The notes beneath the pieces are model-generated. The model saw only the letters and a program-made list of their open reading frames with translations. It was not told the origin of the DNA and did not search any database. Made by a program: the position numbers and the translations under genes. This document shows, piece after piece, positions 27,742-36,521 of a stretch of DNA of 64,000 bases. The DNA comes from an uncultured bacterium (GTDB lineage Bacteria; CSSED10-310; CALFER01), in contig CALFER010000038.1 of assembly GCA_937951895.1 (NCBI GenBank), forward strand, positions 67,029 to 131,028, written 5' to 3'. How positions within the stretch are numbered: position 1 is the stretch's first letter; each line of letters begins with the position of its first letter.

Positions 27742-28929
27742 TCAGCGAACCTGGATCCAGGAAATGACATCGAGATGCGGGAAGATGAGTCCCAAAACGG
27801 TCAGGATCACCATGACGATGATGAAAACGAGTTTGCTGTAGTCCTGGGTTTTGAGCGTACCCAGGAGGATCGGTTCGTTTCCGAGATAGGCGGAAGCAGC
27901 ATAGAGTTCTTCTCCGATCAGCGTGTAATCGCACGCGGTGATGAAGAAGGGCAACTGTCCGAGATCATCCGTGCCGGCGATCTGAACGGCTCCGGTCGAT
28001 GCGCCGGTTTCGGCCATGATCAGTGATTCGGCGGCGAACCATCCCATGAAAAATATCGTCGCCGGTTCCTGTCTGACCATGATGCCATTGACGCCCGCCG
28101 CATACGCGAACTGCTCGGGGACCATAAAAAAGACCGAATCCGGATCGAAAGCATCCGGTCGGCCCTCGGAGTTGTATGTCTCCTTGACGATTTCCCGCGC
28201 GATCGCGAACACGATCGGATCGATATTCGGCACGATGATCTTGACATCGTAATGCACCGTCCGGCGCGCGACCTCACCCAAAATATTCAGGGCTGCCAGC
28301 GTCGCGACATCCTCGATGTAACTCGTACCGGGCACATACAACACCGGCCGGCCCATCTCGGTCGCCCGCCCGATCGCATCCTCGACGGCATTCAATCCGG
28401 TGATCCGCCGGACAAACAATTCGCGGCCAAGGCGTGCCGAGATAATGAAGAAGACGAGAAGTGCGATGAAAATGGCGATGGCCAGCAGAACCGGTATCTT
28501 TCCCAGTTTCAGCCAGTGATCGCGCGCCATCGCACCGGTAACCTCATCGGAGCGGAACACTTTGTCACCATAGACGGCGGCAACCCGAAAAGACATCGGG
28601 GTAAAGTTCGGCAAATCCATCACATCGTAATCCAGAAGAACCGTTTCGGTCACTCGCTGCCAGATCCCGTCCGGCCCGGCCATTTCGACGATGTAATGGT
28701 CGGGAGTCGATCCCGCCGGTTCTTTCCAGGCCACATGAATGACACCACCATCATCATTGTCGACATCGGCGGCGACCACTTCCCGGGGAGATTCGAAGAC
28801 ACGGTCGTCAATCGAAACCGGAACCGGAACCGGGTCCGGGTCCACTAATGGGATCTCCTGACAGAATGCATTCAGGGATAGCGCCAGACTCAGGACGAAA
28901 CACCCGATCAAACCGTTAGCCAGCTTCAT
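27742..28929 (-). CDS. Fn3-domain membrane protein, tandem paralog A
   Basis: Start MKLANGLIGCFVLSLALSLNAFCQ at 28929 with GGAGAG RBS. Same architecture as 26377..27657 (HVAWKEPAGSTPDHYIVEMAGPDGIWQRV...FRVAAVYG). Confidence 0.65.
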   Translation of the reverse strand: MKLANGLIGCFVLSLALSLNAFCQEIPLVDPDPVPVPVSIDDRVFESPREVVAADVDNDDGGVIHVAWKEPAGSTPDHYIVEMAGPDGIWQRVTETVLLDYDVMDLPNFTPMSFRVAAVYGDKVFRSDEVTGAMARDHWLKLGKIPVLLAIAIFIALLVFFIISARLGRELFVRRITGLNAVEDAIGRATEMGRPVLYVPGTSYIEDVATLAALNILGEVARRTVHYDVKIIVPNIDPIVFAIAREIVKETYNSEGRPDAFDPDSVFFMVPEQFAYAAGVNGIMVRQEPATIFFMGWFAAESLIMAETGASTGAVQIAGTDDLGQLPFFITACDYTLIGEELYAASAYLGNEPILLGTLKTQDYSKLVFIIVMVILTVLGLIFPHLDVISWIQVR

Positions 28930-29115
28930 ATCGATTCTCTCTCCGATCGCCGGAAACCGAGCGTCCGAATGTTCTGCAGTCCACACCGAAAGCGTAGCGA
29001 TAATATCTGAATCCAATCCTGTTTTCAAGATTGAATCGACTGCTGTCCAGGCAGCTCTTCCCTCTCCCGGTCATTATCGCTCTGCTGATGAGTTACGGAA
29101 CTCAAACGGGTTTGT

Positions 29116-30294
29116 TCAACCGGAAATCCGGGCGGCCTCCGCCACCACCCGATCGATCTCGGAAGCCGTCACCAATCGAGTCTGAATGTTCCTTCGACTG
29201 GGGTGATAGCACGCGATGACCACCGGGAGCCCCTCACCCGGCGAAACGGTCCGGCCGTGGTGGAATTCCGGCACGCGAGCATGCGGGTTCAGTATGCGGA
29301 AAACGGATCGGAAGGACAGGACTCCGAGAGCCAGAATCGTGTTCAGTCGATGCAATGTCTGAAGTTCCAACGCCAGAAACGCCTCACAACGACGAATCTC
29401 CCGGGTTTCCGGTTTGTTTTCGGGCGGCACACATTTCACGCAATTGGTGATGAAGACATCGTCGAGAGCCAGTCCATCGCCCCGATGTGAAGGCGACGGA
29501 CGATTGCTCCTGTCGATCGCATGCAGCGCCCGATACAGGATTTCCCCGGCATAATCGCCCGTAAACGGTCGACCGGTCCGGTTCGCACCATGCGCTCCGG
29601 GAGCGAGGCCGACGATAGCCAGACGCGCAGCGGGGTCACCGAAACCAGGCACAGGACGATTCCAGTACGCTGCGCCTGCATGATGACGATCGGGTTGGAT
29701 CGACGAGCGAAAACGGGCGAGACGCGGACAGGCATTACATCCCAGAATCGACTGGATCGGATACCGGAGCAGCGTTGGAGTGCGACCCGCGAGTGAAGAC
29801 TGGTAAAGGGACAGTTCATATCGGAAGTTCGGTGTCAGCTCGCCCGACTTTGCCATCCGCTCCAGCGTGTCGAAGTCGAAAAACGCAACCCGATCGATCT
29901 CGTCCGGCGCACACCCGAACGGCCCCTCCGACTGAGCCAGAAATGTCGTGACATCCTCGGATTCGAGATCCGACAGCCAGAGATAGTTGTGGAGCGGGGG
30001 GAACGATTCGGGTTGGATCCCGAGTTCCTCGCGGCACTCACGCCGGGCCGCATCGAGAGGCGATTCGCCCGGGTCGAGATGTCCGCCGACGGACGTATCC
30101 CATTTCCCGGGCTGAATGTCCTTCGAAGCGGATCGTTTCTGCGCGAGGATTCTGCCGGAGGCATCGGTCACGAGCACATGGACGACGCGATGCGTGAGTG
30201 CCGGATTGCCGTGACATTCGGAGCGCAGGCGCGGTTCGAGAAGTCGCCCGTCGGCATCGACACAAACCAGATACTCGCCATGAGCCGCCGCCAT
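29116..30294 (-). CDS. Nudix hydrolase fused to family-4-type uracil-DNA glycosylase
   Basis: Nudix box GGHLDPGESPLDAARRECREELGI. C-terminal half has the UDG family 4/5 signature LAIVGLAPGAHGANRTGRPFTGDYAGEILY plus a downstream HPS-type motif (CYHPSRRN). Start MAAAHGEY at 30294 with AGGAG RBS. Confidence 0.75.
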   Translation of the reverse strand: MAAAHGEYLVCVDADGRLLEPRLRSECHGNPALTHRVVHVLVTDASGRILAQKRSASKDIQPGKWDTSVGGHLDPGESPLDAARRECREELGIQPESFPPLHNYLWLSDLESEDVTTFLAQSEGPFGCAPDEIDRVAFFDFDTLERMAKSGELTPNFRYELSLYQSSLAGRTPTLLRYPIQSILGCNACPRLARFRSSIQPDRHHAGAAYWNRPVPGFGDPAARLAIVGLAPGAHGANRTGRPFTGDYAGEILYRALHAIDRSNRPSPSHRGDGLALDDVFITNCVKCVPPENKPETREIRRCEAFLALELQTLHRLNTILALGVLSFRSVFRILNPHARVPEFHHGRTVSPGEGLPVVIACYHPSRRNIQTRLVTASEIDRVVAEAARISG

Positions 30295-30308
30295 GCAATC
30301 TCCTTTCG

Positions 30309-31748
30309 TCACACGCGATTGTATTCTTCCCATATCGTTTCGACGATGTGCCCGAGCCGCTTCGTGCGGATCGCTTTCCGAATGCCGGAGACGTATCCGC
30401 CGGGTCGTCGTGTCATGTCTCTCAGGACGTCAAAAAGAAACGCGGGATAGAGGAAATACCCGCGAATGTTGCGCCAGAAAAAGGCATTGTCGAATTCCCG
30501 GCGGATCGCCTGCATTGAAGCGGCGTCGAGCGAGATCGTGACGGCGGGGGACTCGGTCTGCCGGATGATCCATCGTTCGGAAAAATCCGGATCCGCCGGA
30601 AGCCATCCCTTCGCCAGCGCTTCGTCGAACAGAACGGATCCCGGGAGCGGGGTCGTGAAGGTCACCACGACATGGTCCGGCCGGATCTCCCGCGCCAGCT
30701 TCAACGACGCCCGCGCATCCTCGATGGTTTCATCCGGAATGCCGATCATGAAGTTGGCGAGCGTCCTGAGGCCGACCTTGCGGCAGATCGCGAACGCGCG
30801 CCTGACATCGTCCGGATCGCTTCCCTTGCGCAAGCGCCGCAGCATGCGTTCGGAGCCGGATTCGACGCCAAATTCGAGTTGCAGACAGCCGCTCCGACGC
30901 ATCTCGCGGAAGATCCCCTCATCCGCGCGCCGGACGTGCGCCTGACATCCCCATGCCAGACCGGTCTGCCGCATGCCGGCGCACAGTTCCAGCAGCCAGT
31001 CCCGATCTTCGAGCAGCGTATCGTCCAGAAACCAGATGCCGTCGATCCGATAGCGCCGGATCAGCAGTTCGATCTCCGCCATGACGTGGCCCACCGAACG
31101 CCGACGCACGCGGCTTCCGAACAATTCCTTCGAGGAGCAGAAAATGCAGCCGAACGGGCAGCCGCGCGATGAGATGATCGAGGTGGCGCGCCAGAGGAGT
31201 TTGCCGCGTATATTGCCCGGCGGCCGGAGATATCGCTCGAAACGCACCGCTTCACGATCAGGGAACGGCAGGGAATCGAGCGGATCGATCAGGGGCCTCC
31301 GCGCGGTTCGAACCAGAATCCCGTCGCGTAAAAACGCAAGCCCGGCGACCTCCTCCGGCGAAAGGCCGCTCCGCAACGCTTCGGCGACTTCGGGAAAGGT
31401 GATCTCCCCCTCACCCAGCACCACGAAATCGAACCCGAATTTTCGCAGCGTCCACTCGGGAAGCGCCGTGGGATGGATGCCTCCGCCGACCGTCACAACG
31501 CCCGGCAATCGATCCCGGATCCGCTCCTGCAGCGTCAGACCTCGAGCGACCTGGGTGGTGAGCAGGCTCATGCCGATCAGGTCCGGCTTCGATGCGGCGA
31601 TCTGATCGATCACGGTCGGATCGCCGGGATCGGGATCCAGCACCGTGATGTCGTGACCGTGCGGCTTGAGGTTTGCGGCGAGACTCAGGAGGCCGAGCGG
31701 CGGATCGGGCGTGTTCCCGGAACGCGGTCTAATCAGGGTGATGCGCAT
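30309..31748 (-). CDS. B12-binding (class B) radical SAM enzyme
   Basis: N-terminal cobalamin-binding-like Rossmann block (MRITLIRPR...PLGLLSLAANL...DLIGMSLLT). Radical SAM cluster motif SSRGCPFGCIFCSS. Start MRITLI at 31748. Confidence 0.8.
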   Translation of the reverse strand: MRITLIRPRSGNTPDPPLGLLSLAANLKPHGHDITVLDPDPGDPTVIDQIAASKPDLIGMSLLTTQVARGLTLQERIRDRLPGVVTVGGGIHPTALPEWTLRKFGFDFVVLGEGEITFPEVAEALRSGLSPEEVAGLAFLRDGILVRTARRPLIDPLDSLPFPDREAVRFERYLRPPGNIRGKLLWRATSIISSRGCPFGCIFCSSKELFGSRVRRRSVGHVMAEIELLIRRYRIDGIWFLDDTLLEDRDWLLELCAGMRQTGLAWGCQAHVRRADEGIFREMRRSGCLQLEFGVESGSERMLRRLRKGSDPDDVRRAFAICRKVGLRTLANFMIGIPDETIEDARASLKLAREIRPDHVVVTFTTPLPGSVLFDEALAKGWLPADPDFSERWIIRQTESPAVTISLDAASMQAIRREFDNAFFWRNIRGYFLYPAFLFDVLRDMTRRPGGYVSGIRKAIRTKRLGHIVETIWEEYNRV

Positions 31749-33222
31749 GCGAGGATCTCTCAAGAAGCGGCGGCGATGCCGAAGCATACACGAGGTCGAT
31801 CGCCGAGTCATCGGATCGAGTGCCGGGTTCGACATCCGTCACCAGCACTGCGGTCAAGCGGAGCGAATCATATCGGTACCGGAGCGCGGCTTCAACCGAC
31901 CGCGTCCAGACCGGACGGCCGGATTGCAGGTACCGCGTGGCATTCAGATCCCAGACGATCGATTCGAGGGGAGATTTCTGCGCCTTGATCTGAAACGAAC
32001 CGGGATCGAACCAGTGACCTCGGAGCGGAAGTTCGTCCCGCGCGATCCGGAGAATGAAGCGGAATGTCGCATCCGGTTTCGGATCCGGCACACACGCCTG
32101 CGCCGCGACAGCCAACTGCCGGGGCACATCGGCGTTTCGTTTCTGGTGATCGAGTTCGGCGATGGATTGCAGCGAAAACAGAATCGCCAGCCCCAGCGCG
32201 AAGCCCCGCGCGATCCGGCCGGTCGCGGGATGCCGTCGATACAGGGCGGCGACAAGCGATGCCAGCGCAAGACTCATTCCGGCGACGGGCGTGTAGAGGT
32301 ACCACTTGTTGCACAGATTGTGGACCGGCATCAGAAACAGTGCGCTCCAGAGCACGCCGAATCGATACCCGCGCGGCATGGCCGGAATCAGCGCCAGCAC
32401 CAGCAACCCCGCGGCAATCCACACTCCGCCGGGAAAAGGATGCGGAACCGTCAGCAACCAGGACAGATTCTGCGCAATCGTCTCGGCCAGGTCCCCGACC
32501 CGGAAATGCTCGACGCTCCGATACCCGCCCATTCCGTGAAAAATCCAGGCCCGGTAGCCGACGTACACGGCCGTCAGGCAGCCGTACACGAGCCAGCTTC
32601 GGAATCGACGGAACCCGGATTCGAGCAGGTCCCAGAGCACGATCCATACCGGGATGGTGACGGCGGTTTCCTTCGACAGAAGGCCGGCCAGAAGCGCGAG
32701 GGAACTCACGAACAGACTCCGGGTATGCGTCAGCAGAACGATCAGTCCCGTGAGAAGAACGGCCTGTTCGGCGCGGTCGAGTAAAATCCAGAGCGGCTGG
32801 GTGACGAGGGGATGCACGCCGAACAGGAGTCCCGCGATGGCGGAGGCATGCGCATCGAGACCCAGCGAACGGGCGCAGCGGATGAGGAGAAAGACGCATG
32901 CGAGGTGGAATGCGAGATTCACCGAGTGCCAGAGCCACACCTGACCGCCGAAAATCAACGCTTCAATGTGGAACATGGTGGCCATGAGCGGCCGGAAAGT
33001 CTGACTCGCGGCGCGGATGCCGTAATCGCTCAGATCGATGTATCCGCCGTAGAAAACCTCCAGCCATCGGATACGACCGGGGCGGGGCTGCACGAAGAAG
33101 CGGACAGTTTCCCAGTCGAACCAGATGAGGAGACTCCGGAACTGAACGGCGATGACCCACAGGGCGATCAGCAGGCCGGTCGGAGAAAAGCGGGAGCGGT
33201 ATGTGGCGAATCGTCGAGACAT
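31729..33222 (-). CDS. Polytopic membrane glycosyltransferase-family-39/PMT-TMTC-like protein (DUF1736-like)
   Basis: More than 10 TM helices. Conserved LSKETAVTIP motif typical of the PMT/TMTC/ArnT-like DUF1736 region. C-terminal 130-aa soluble domain. Its 3' end overlaps the radical SAM start by 20 nt. Start chosen at MSRRFATYRS (33222); the track ORF extends further upstream. Confidence 0.55.
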   Translation of the reverse strand: MSRRFATYRSRFSPTGLLIALWVIAVQFRSLLIWFDWETVRFFVQPRPGRIRWLEVFYGGYIDLSDYGIRAASQTFRPLMATMFHIEALIFGGQVWLWHSVNLAFHLACVFLLIRCARSLGLDAHASAIAGLLFGVHPLVTQPLWILLDRAEQAVLLTGLIVLLTHTRSLFVSSLALLAGLLSKETAVTIPVWIVLWDLLESGFRRFRSWLVYGCLTAVYVGYRAWIFHGMGGYRSVEHFRVGDLAETIAQNLSWLLTVPHPFPGGVWIAAGLLVLALIPAMPRGYRFGVLWSALFLMPVHNLCNKWYLYTPVAGMSLALASLVAALYRRHPATGRIARGFALGLAILFSLQSIAELDHQKRNADVPRQLAVAAQACVPDPKPDATFRFILRIARDELPLRGHWFDPGSFQIKAQKSPLESIVWDLNATRYLQSGRPVWTRSVEAALRYRYDSLRLTAVLVTDVEPGTRSDDSAIDLVYASASPPLLERSSHAHHPD

Positions 33223-33301
33223 GCGCGGAGTGTATCCGGAAGCGATCCGGACGGCAAGATCGGGGATCGGATTCGAGCGCTGTCGATTCAGTGACTCGCG
33301 G

Positions 33302-35845
33302 CTACTCCGGACCGATGCTGAATTCCTGCTGCCAGATCGGACCCATAACTTCCGAGAGATCCGGGCTGAGAAGCGCGCCATAGAGATGAAGCGATTCGAT
33401 TGAGAAGGTGATCGGATCGGTGAAGTTGAAATGCAGGATCGGAACCGTCGTCCAGCCGGATGGGACGGAAAGGGGTTCGAAATCAAATGTCTGAGACCAG
33501 GAGGGGTGGAAGAAATACTCACCCTGTATCTCGAGGCATGAAACGACAACGGCGGAATCCAGCGGCTCGGAGGGATTACAGATTTCCAGATCGAACAGGA
33601 ACGGCATCCCGGACGTGAAATGCGTTGCATTCAGAGTGCCGGTGGTTTCCCATTCCGTGCAATTCGTCTGGTTATTCGGAGTATGCAGAATCACATCGCC
33701 TTCCATGATTCGTGTCTCCACACAGGCAGGTTTCATTCCCCCGGGGAGGCCGAGCAAGGCGGTTTCGACATGAATATTCGTTCTTCTCCAAACCAATTCG
33801 GGAGTCCACGCAGTGTCCTTCTTCCAGATGGTCATCGATTCCATGCCATCCCAACTACCGGCGGCAGAGGTCCACACCGTATCGTCTGCGGTCACCAGTA
33901 AGCCAGGCTGATACATCGTCATCATCGGCGCAATCTGCTCGAAGGACCAACCGGAGTTCGTCCGTGTTGCCTGGAATAGTGCATTGTATTGAATGAATGC
34001 TGCATGCGGGTATTCAAGATCATCGAATACCAGCTTTGCATTGGATAATTGATTGGTCGTGATATCGATCGTTCGAGTTTCAATTTCCCAACCCGAGTCC
34101 CCCAGTGTCCCATAATACATGGCGTTGACTTCCTGCGTACCGATGGATGTTCGACCGATGCTGAAGAAGTGAATCGTCCCATCCGGACTTTTTTCCAGAT
34201 CGACTGTGGCCCCGAATACTTGATCGTATTGCGAACCGAGATCGATCGGTTGATCCACCCATCCGTCGGATGTATAGAATGCATGTCGCAAGGCAACTCG
34301 ATTTTCCAGATCCGACTGGAAGTAGACAGCATGGGGCGATCCGTCCATCGAGTAGACGAGTTTTCGTGAACAAGTTGTTTCCGTCACATGTCGCACAAGC
34401 TGACGTGACCAAACTCCGTCTTTCCGTTCCCATAGAAACAGATCAAACGCGGATGTCCCATCAAAAAACTGAAGCAGTATTCCGATGTTTCCGAAGGGAT
34501 CCAGGGCGATATCGATTTCGTCCGTATTACTAACCCCGTCCTGAAGGGTATGGATCTGAGAAACATCAGACTCACGAGTCGCGATTTTCAATTGTGAAGG
34601 AGTGAGGAACGCACAATAAATCGTGCCGTCGGGATCGGCGCAGGCAGAGGCTGCGCGAATCTGTCCCCCTCCCGATTTAATGTGTGTCAATGTCCAACCG
34701 TCCGTTCCTTTCATCCCATAGTACAACATCTGATCATCTTCCACGTTTCGATGCACCACGATGGCGGTCTGCAGAAATCCCGATCGATCATATCCGGCAG
34801 CAATCGATCCCCCCTCACCGGTTTCAAGAATCCGAGTCTCGGAGTTCCAGTTGTCACCGACTTTCCAAGCCTGCACGAGATTCTGTCCGGATGAAAAGAA
34901 CAGGTGCGACGTGTCGGTCTCGTCGATCAGCAGTTCCGCTCCCGGATCCGATATCTCCATCACGCCATCGAAGGGGTACCCGCTGATCCATCCGGATGAG
35001 GTGCGCGTTCCGTAGAGCAGTCGAATCGGTCCGCCACGCGCGCCGTACGACGCGAGAACCCGGGGTTGTCCGGACGAGTCCTTCACGAGTCTGATCGAAG
35101 TGAACTTCTGGAAGATGTCGAGTGTCTCTATTGTTTCCGGGGTGCCGTTCGCCACAACCGGGCTCATGTAGTGCAACATGCAGGGACTCCCCGATGTCGC
35201 ATACCAGGCACTGAAGGCTATTCCGAGAACCCCCGGAGAGGTCTCCATCACGGCGATATTGTCAAAAAGGGTCGAAGCGGTGTACACAACTTCGGACTGT
35301 AAACCCGAAGGAGTGGTGTAAAGGTGCATCAGATCCACGTGTAACGACTCGATCAGCTTCATGTAAAACACATGAATGCACCCTGTCGAGTCCTTGAAAA
35401 AACCGACATTTTCAATGCATTGACCGGACGAATCGAGTGTCGCTGTATTCCAGGCCGAACCCGTGAATATCGCCAGTTTGACGGATCGGGTTGACAGATC
35501 GGTGAACACAATGATGGGATGATCCGAGTCGTCGAGCAGAGCACTCAGACCGGAAGCCGGAGATTCGCTGATCTCGTAAGTGATCCACTCGTTTCCCGAA
35601 TGATACATCGCCTGCACCGTGTCACCGGAGAGGAAAATCCAGGGATTGTTCTGAGCATCGAACAGGAGCGTATTCTGACCGGACAGTTCGAAGTTGTCCT
35701 GCCTGAAGAGATACTCTGAAGACCAGTTCGTCGAGGCCTGAACGTTTCCCATGATCGATGTCAGGCATGTAAACAGAACAAGGCAAATGAAAACGAACCG
35801 GGCATGCGTGGATGGAAATACACACAATCCCAACATCGATTTCAT
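33302..35845 (-). CDS. Secreted repeat (probable beta-propeller-type) protein, paralog 2, with conserved C-terminal domain
   Basis: AGGGAGG RBS then ATG at 35845. Signal peptide FVFICLVLFTCLTSIMGNVQA. The W..E.I repeat pattern recurs. C-terminal ...DSAVVVSCLEIQGEYFFHPSWSQTFDF...LHLYGALLSPDLSEVMGPI. Confidence 0.7.
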   Translation of the reverse strand: MKSMLGLCVFPSTHARFVFICLVLFTCLTSIMGNVQASTNWSSEYLFRQDNFELSGQNTLLFDAQNNPWIFLSGDTVQAMYHSGNEWITYEISESPASGLSALLDDSDHPIIVFTDLSTRSVKLAIFTGSAWNTATLDSSGQCIENVGFFKDSTGCIHVFYMKLIESLHVDLMHLYTTPSGLQSEVVYTASTLFDNIAVMETSPGVLGIAFSAWYATSGSPCMLHYMSPVVANGTPETIETLDIFQKFTSIRLVKDSSGQPRVLASYGARGGPIRLLYGTRTSSGWISGYPFDGVMEISDPGAELLIDETDTSHLFFSSGQNLVQAWKVGDNWNSETRILETGEGGSIAAGYDRSGFLQTAIVVHRNVEDDQMLYYGMKGTDGWTLTHIKSGGGQIRAASACADPDGTIYCAFLTPSQLKIATRESDVSQIHTLQDGVSNTDEIDIALDPFGNIGILLQFFDGTSAFDLFLWERKDGVWSRQLVRHVTETTCSRKLVYSMDGSPHAVYFQSDLENRVALRHAFYTSDGWVDQPIDLGSQYDQVFGATVDLEKSPDGTIHFFSIGRTSIGTQEVNAMYYGTLGDSGWEIETRTIDITTNQLSNAKLVFDDLEYPHAAFIQYNALFQATRTNSGWSFEQIAPMMTMYQPGLLVTADDTVWTSAAGSWDGMESMTIWKKDTAWTPELVWRRTNIHVETALLGLPGGMKPACVETRIMEGDVILHTPNNQTNCTEWETTGTLNATHFTSGMPFLFDLEICNPSEPLDSAVVVSCLEIQGEYFFHPSWSQTFDFEPLSVPSGWTTVPILHFNFTDPITFSIESLHLYGALLSPDLSEVMGPIWQQEFSIGPE

Positions 35846-35989
35846 ATCAGGATCCTCCCTCGTCAGAATTATACGAATCATACGGAGCTATGGCAAACCG
35901 AGTCAGATCGGAAATGCTCACGATCAGTTACATCCAGCATTTACATCAGCATTCGATCAACCCCGTCACGACATTCATATATTTATTGA

Positions 35990-36109
35990 TCATCACCTGT
36001 AAATCACAAAAAGCCTCATCGATATTTATATTTTTAATTTTTCTATTGACTTTTTCAATTTTCGAGATTACTTTATTTATCGTGATGGGATTTCACCAGG
36101 AGGAATCAG
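35990..36109 (+). promoter_or_regulatory. AT-rich divergent promoter region with sigma70-like TTGACT -35 element upstream of 36110 gene
   Basis: Lowest-GC stretch of the window (atttatatttttaatttttctattgactttttcaattttcgagattactttatttatcgtgatgg). TTGACT at 36044-36049. CAGGAGG RBS at 36098-36104. Confidence 0.3.
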
Positions 36110-36493
36110 ATGGAAAACGAAAAAACACGCATTTTGAAAATGGTCGAAGCCGGCAAACTGTCGGCCGAAGAAGCATTCAAACTGATGGATGCCATGAACA
36201 GCCCTGCGGCAGCGACCGAGATCGCCGTCAAGGAACCAACCGGGAAGGCGCGGTTTCTGCGAATCCGGGTGTTCGACAAGAACCGCCAGAAAGCCAAAGT
36301 GAATATCTCACTCCCGCTCTTCCTCGTCAGAGGTCTCGCCAAAATCATCCCCGCATCCGCCCAGATGCACCTGAACGACAAGCAGATCAATCTGGACCAG
36401 ATCATGTCTCTCGTGGATCAGGCTGCCGGAACCAAACTGATCGAAGTCGATGACGACGACGAAAACGAACGGGTGGAAATTGTGATCGAGTAG
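36110..36493 (+). CDS. SHOCT-like domain small protein with acidic C-terminus
   Basis: ILKMVEAGKLSAEEAFKLMDAM resembles the SHOCT/SHOCT-like motif. C-terminus EVDDDDENERVEIVIE. Confidence 0.5.
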   Translation: MENEKTRILKMVEAGKLSAEEAFKLMDAMNSPAAATEIAVKEPTGKARFLRIRVFDKNRQKAKVNISLPLFLVRGLAKIIPASAQMHLNDKQINLDQIMSLVDQAAGTKLIEVDDDDENERVEIVIE

Positions 36494-36521
36494 CCCGTCG
36501 GACAATCAATCCGAACGGGTC

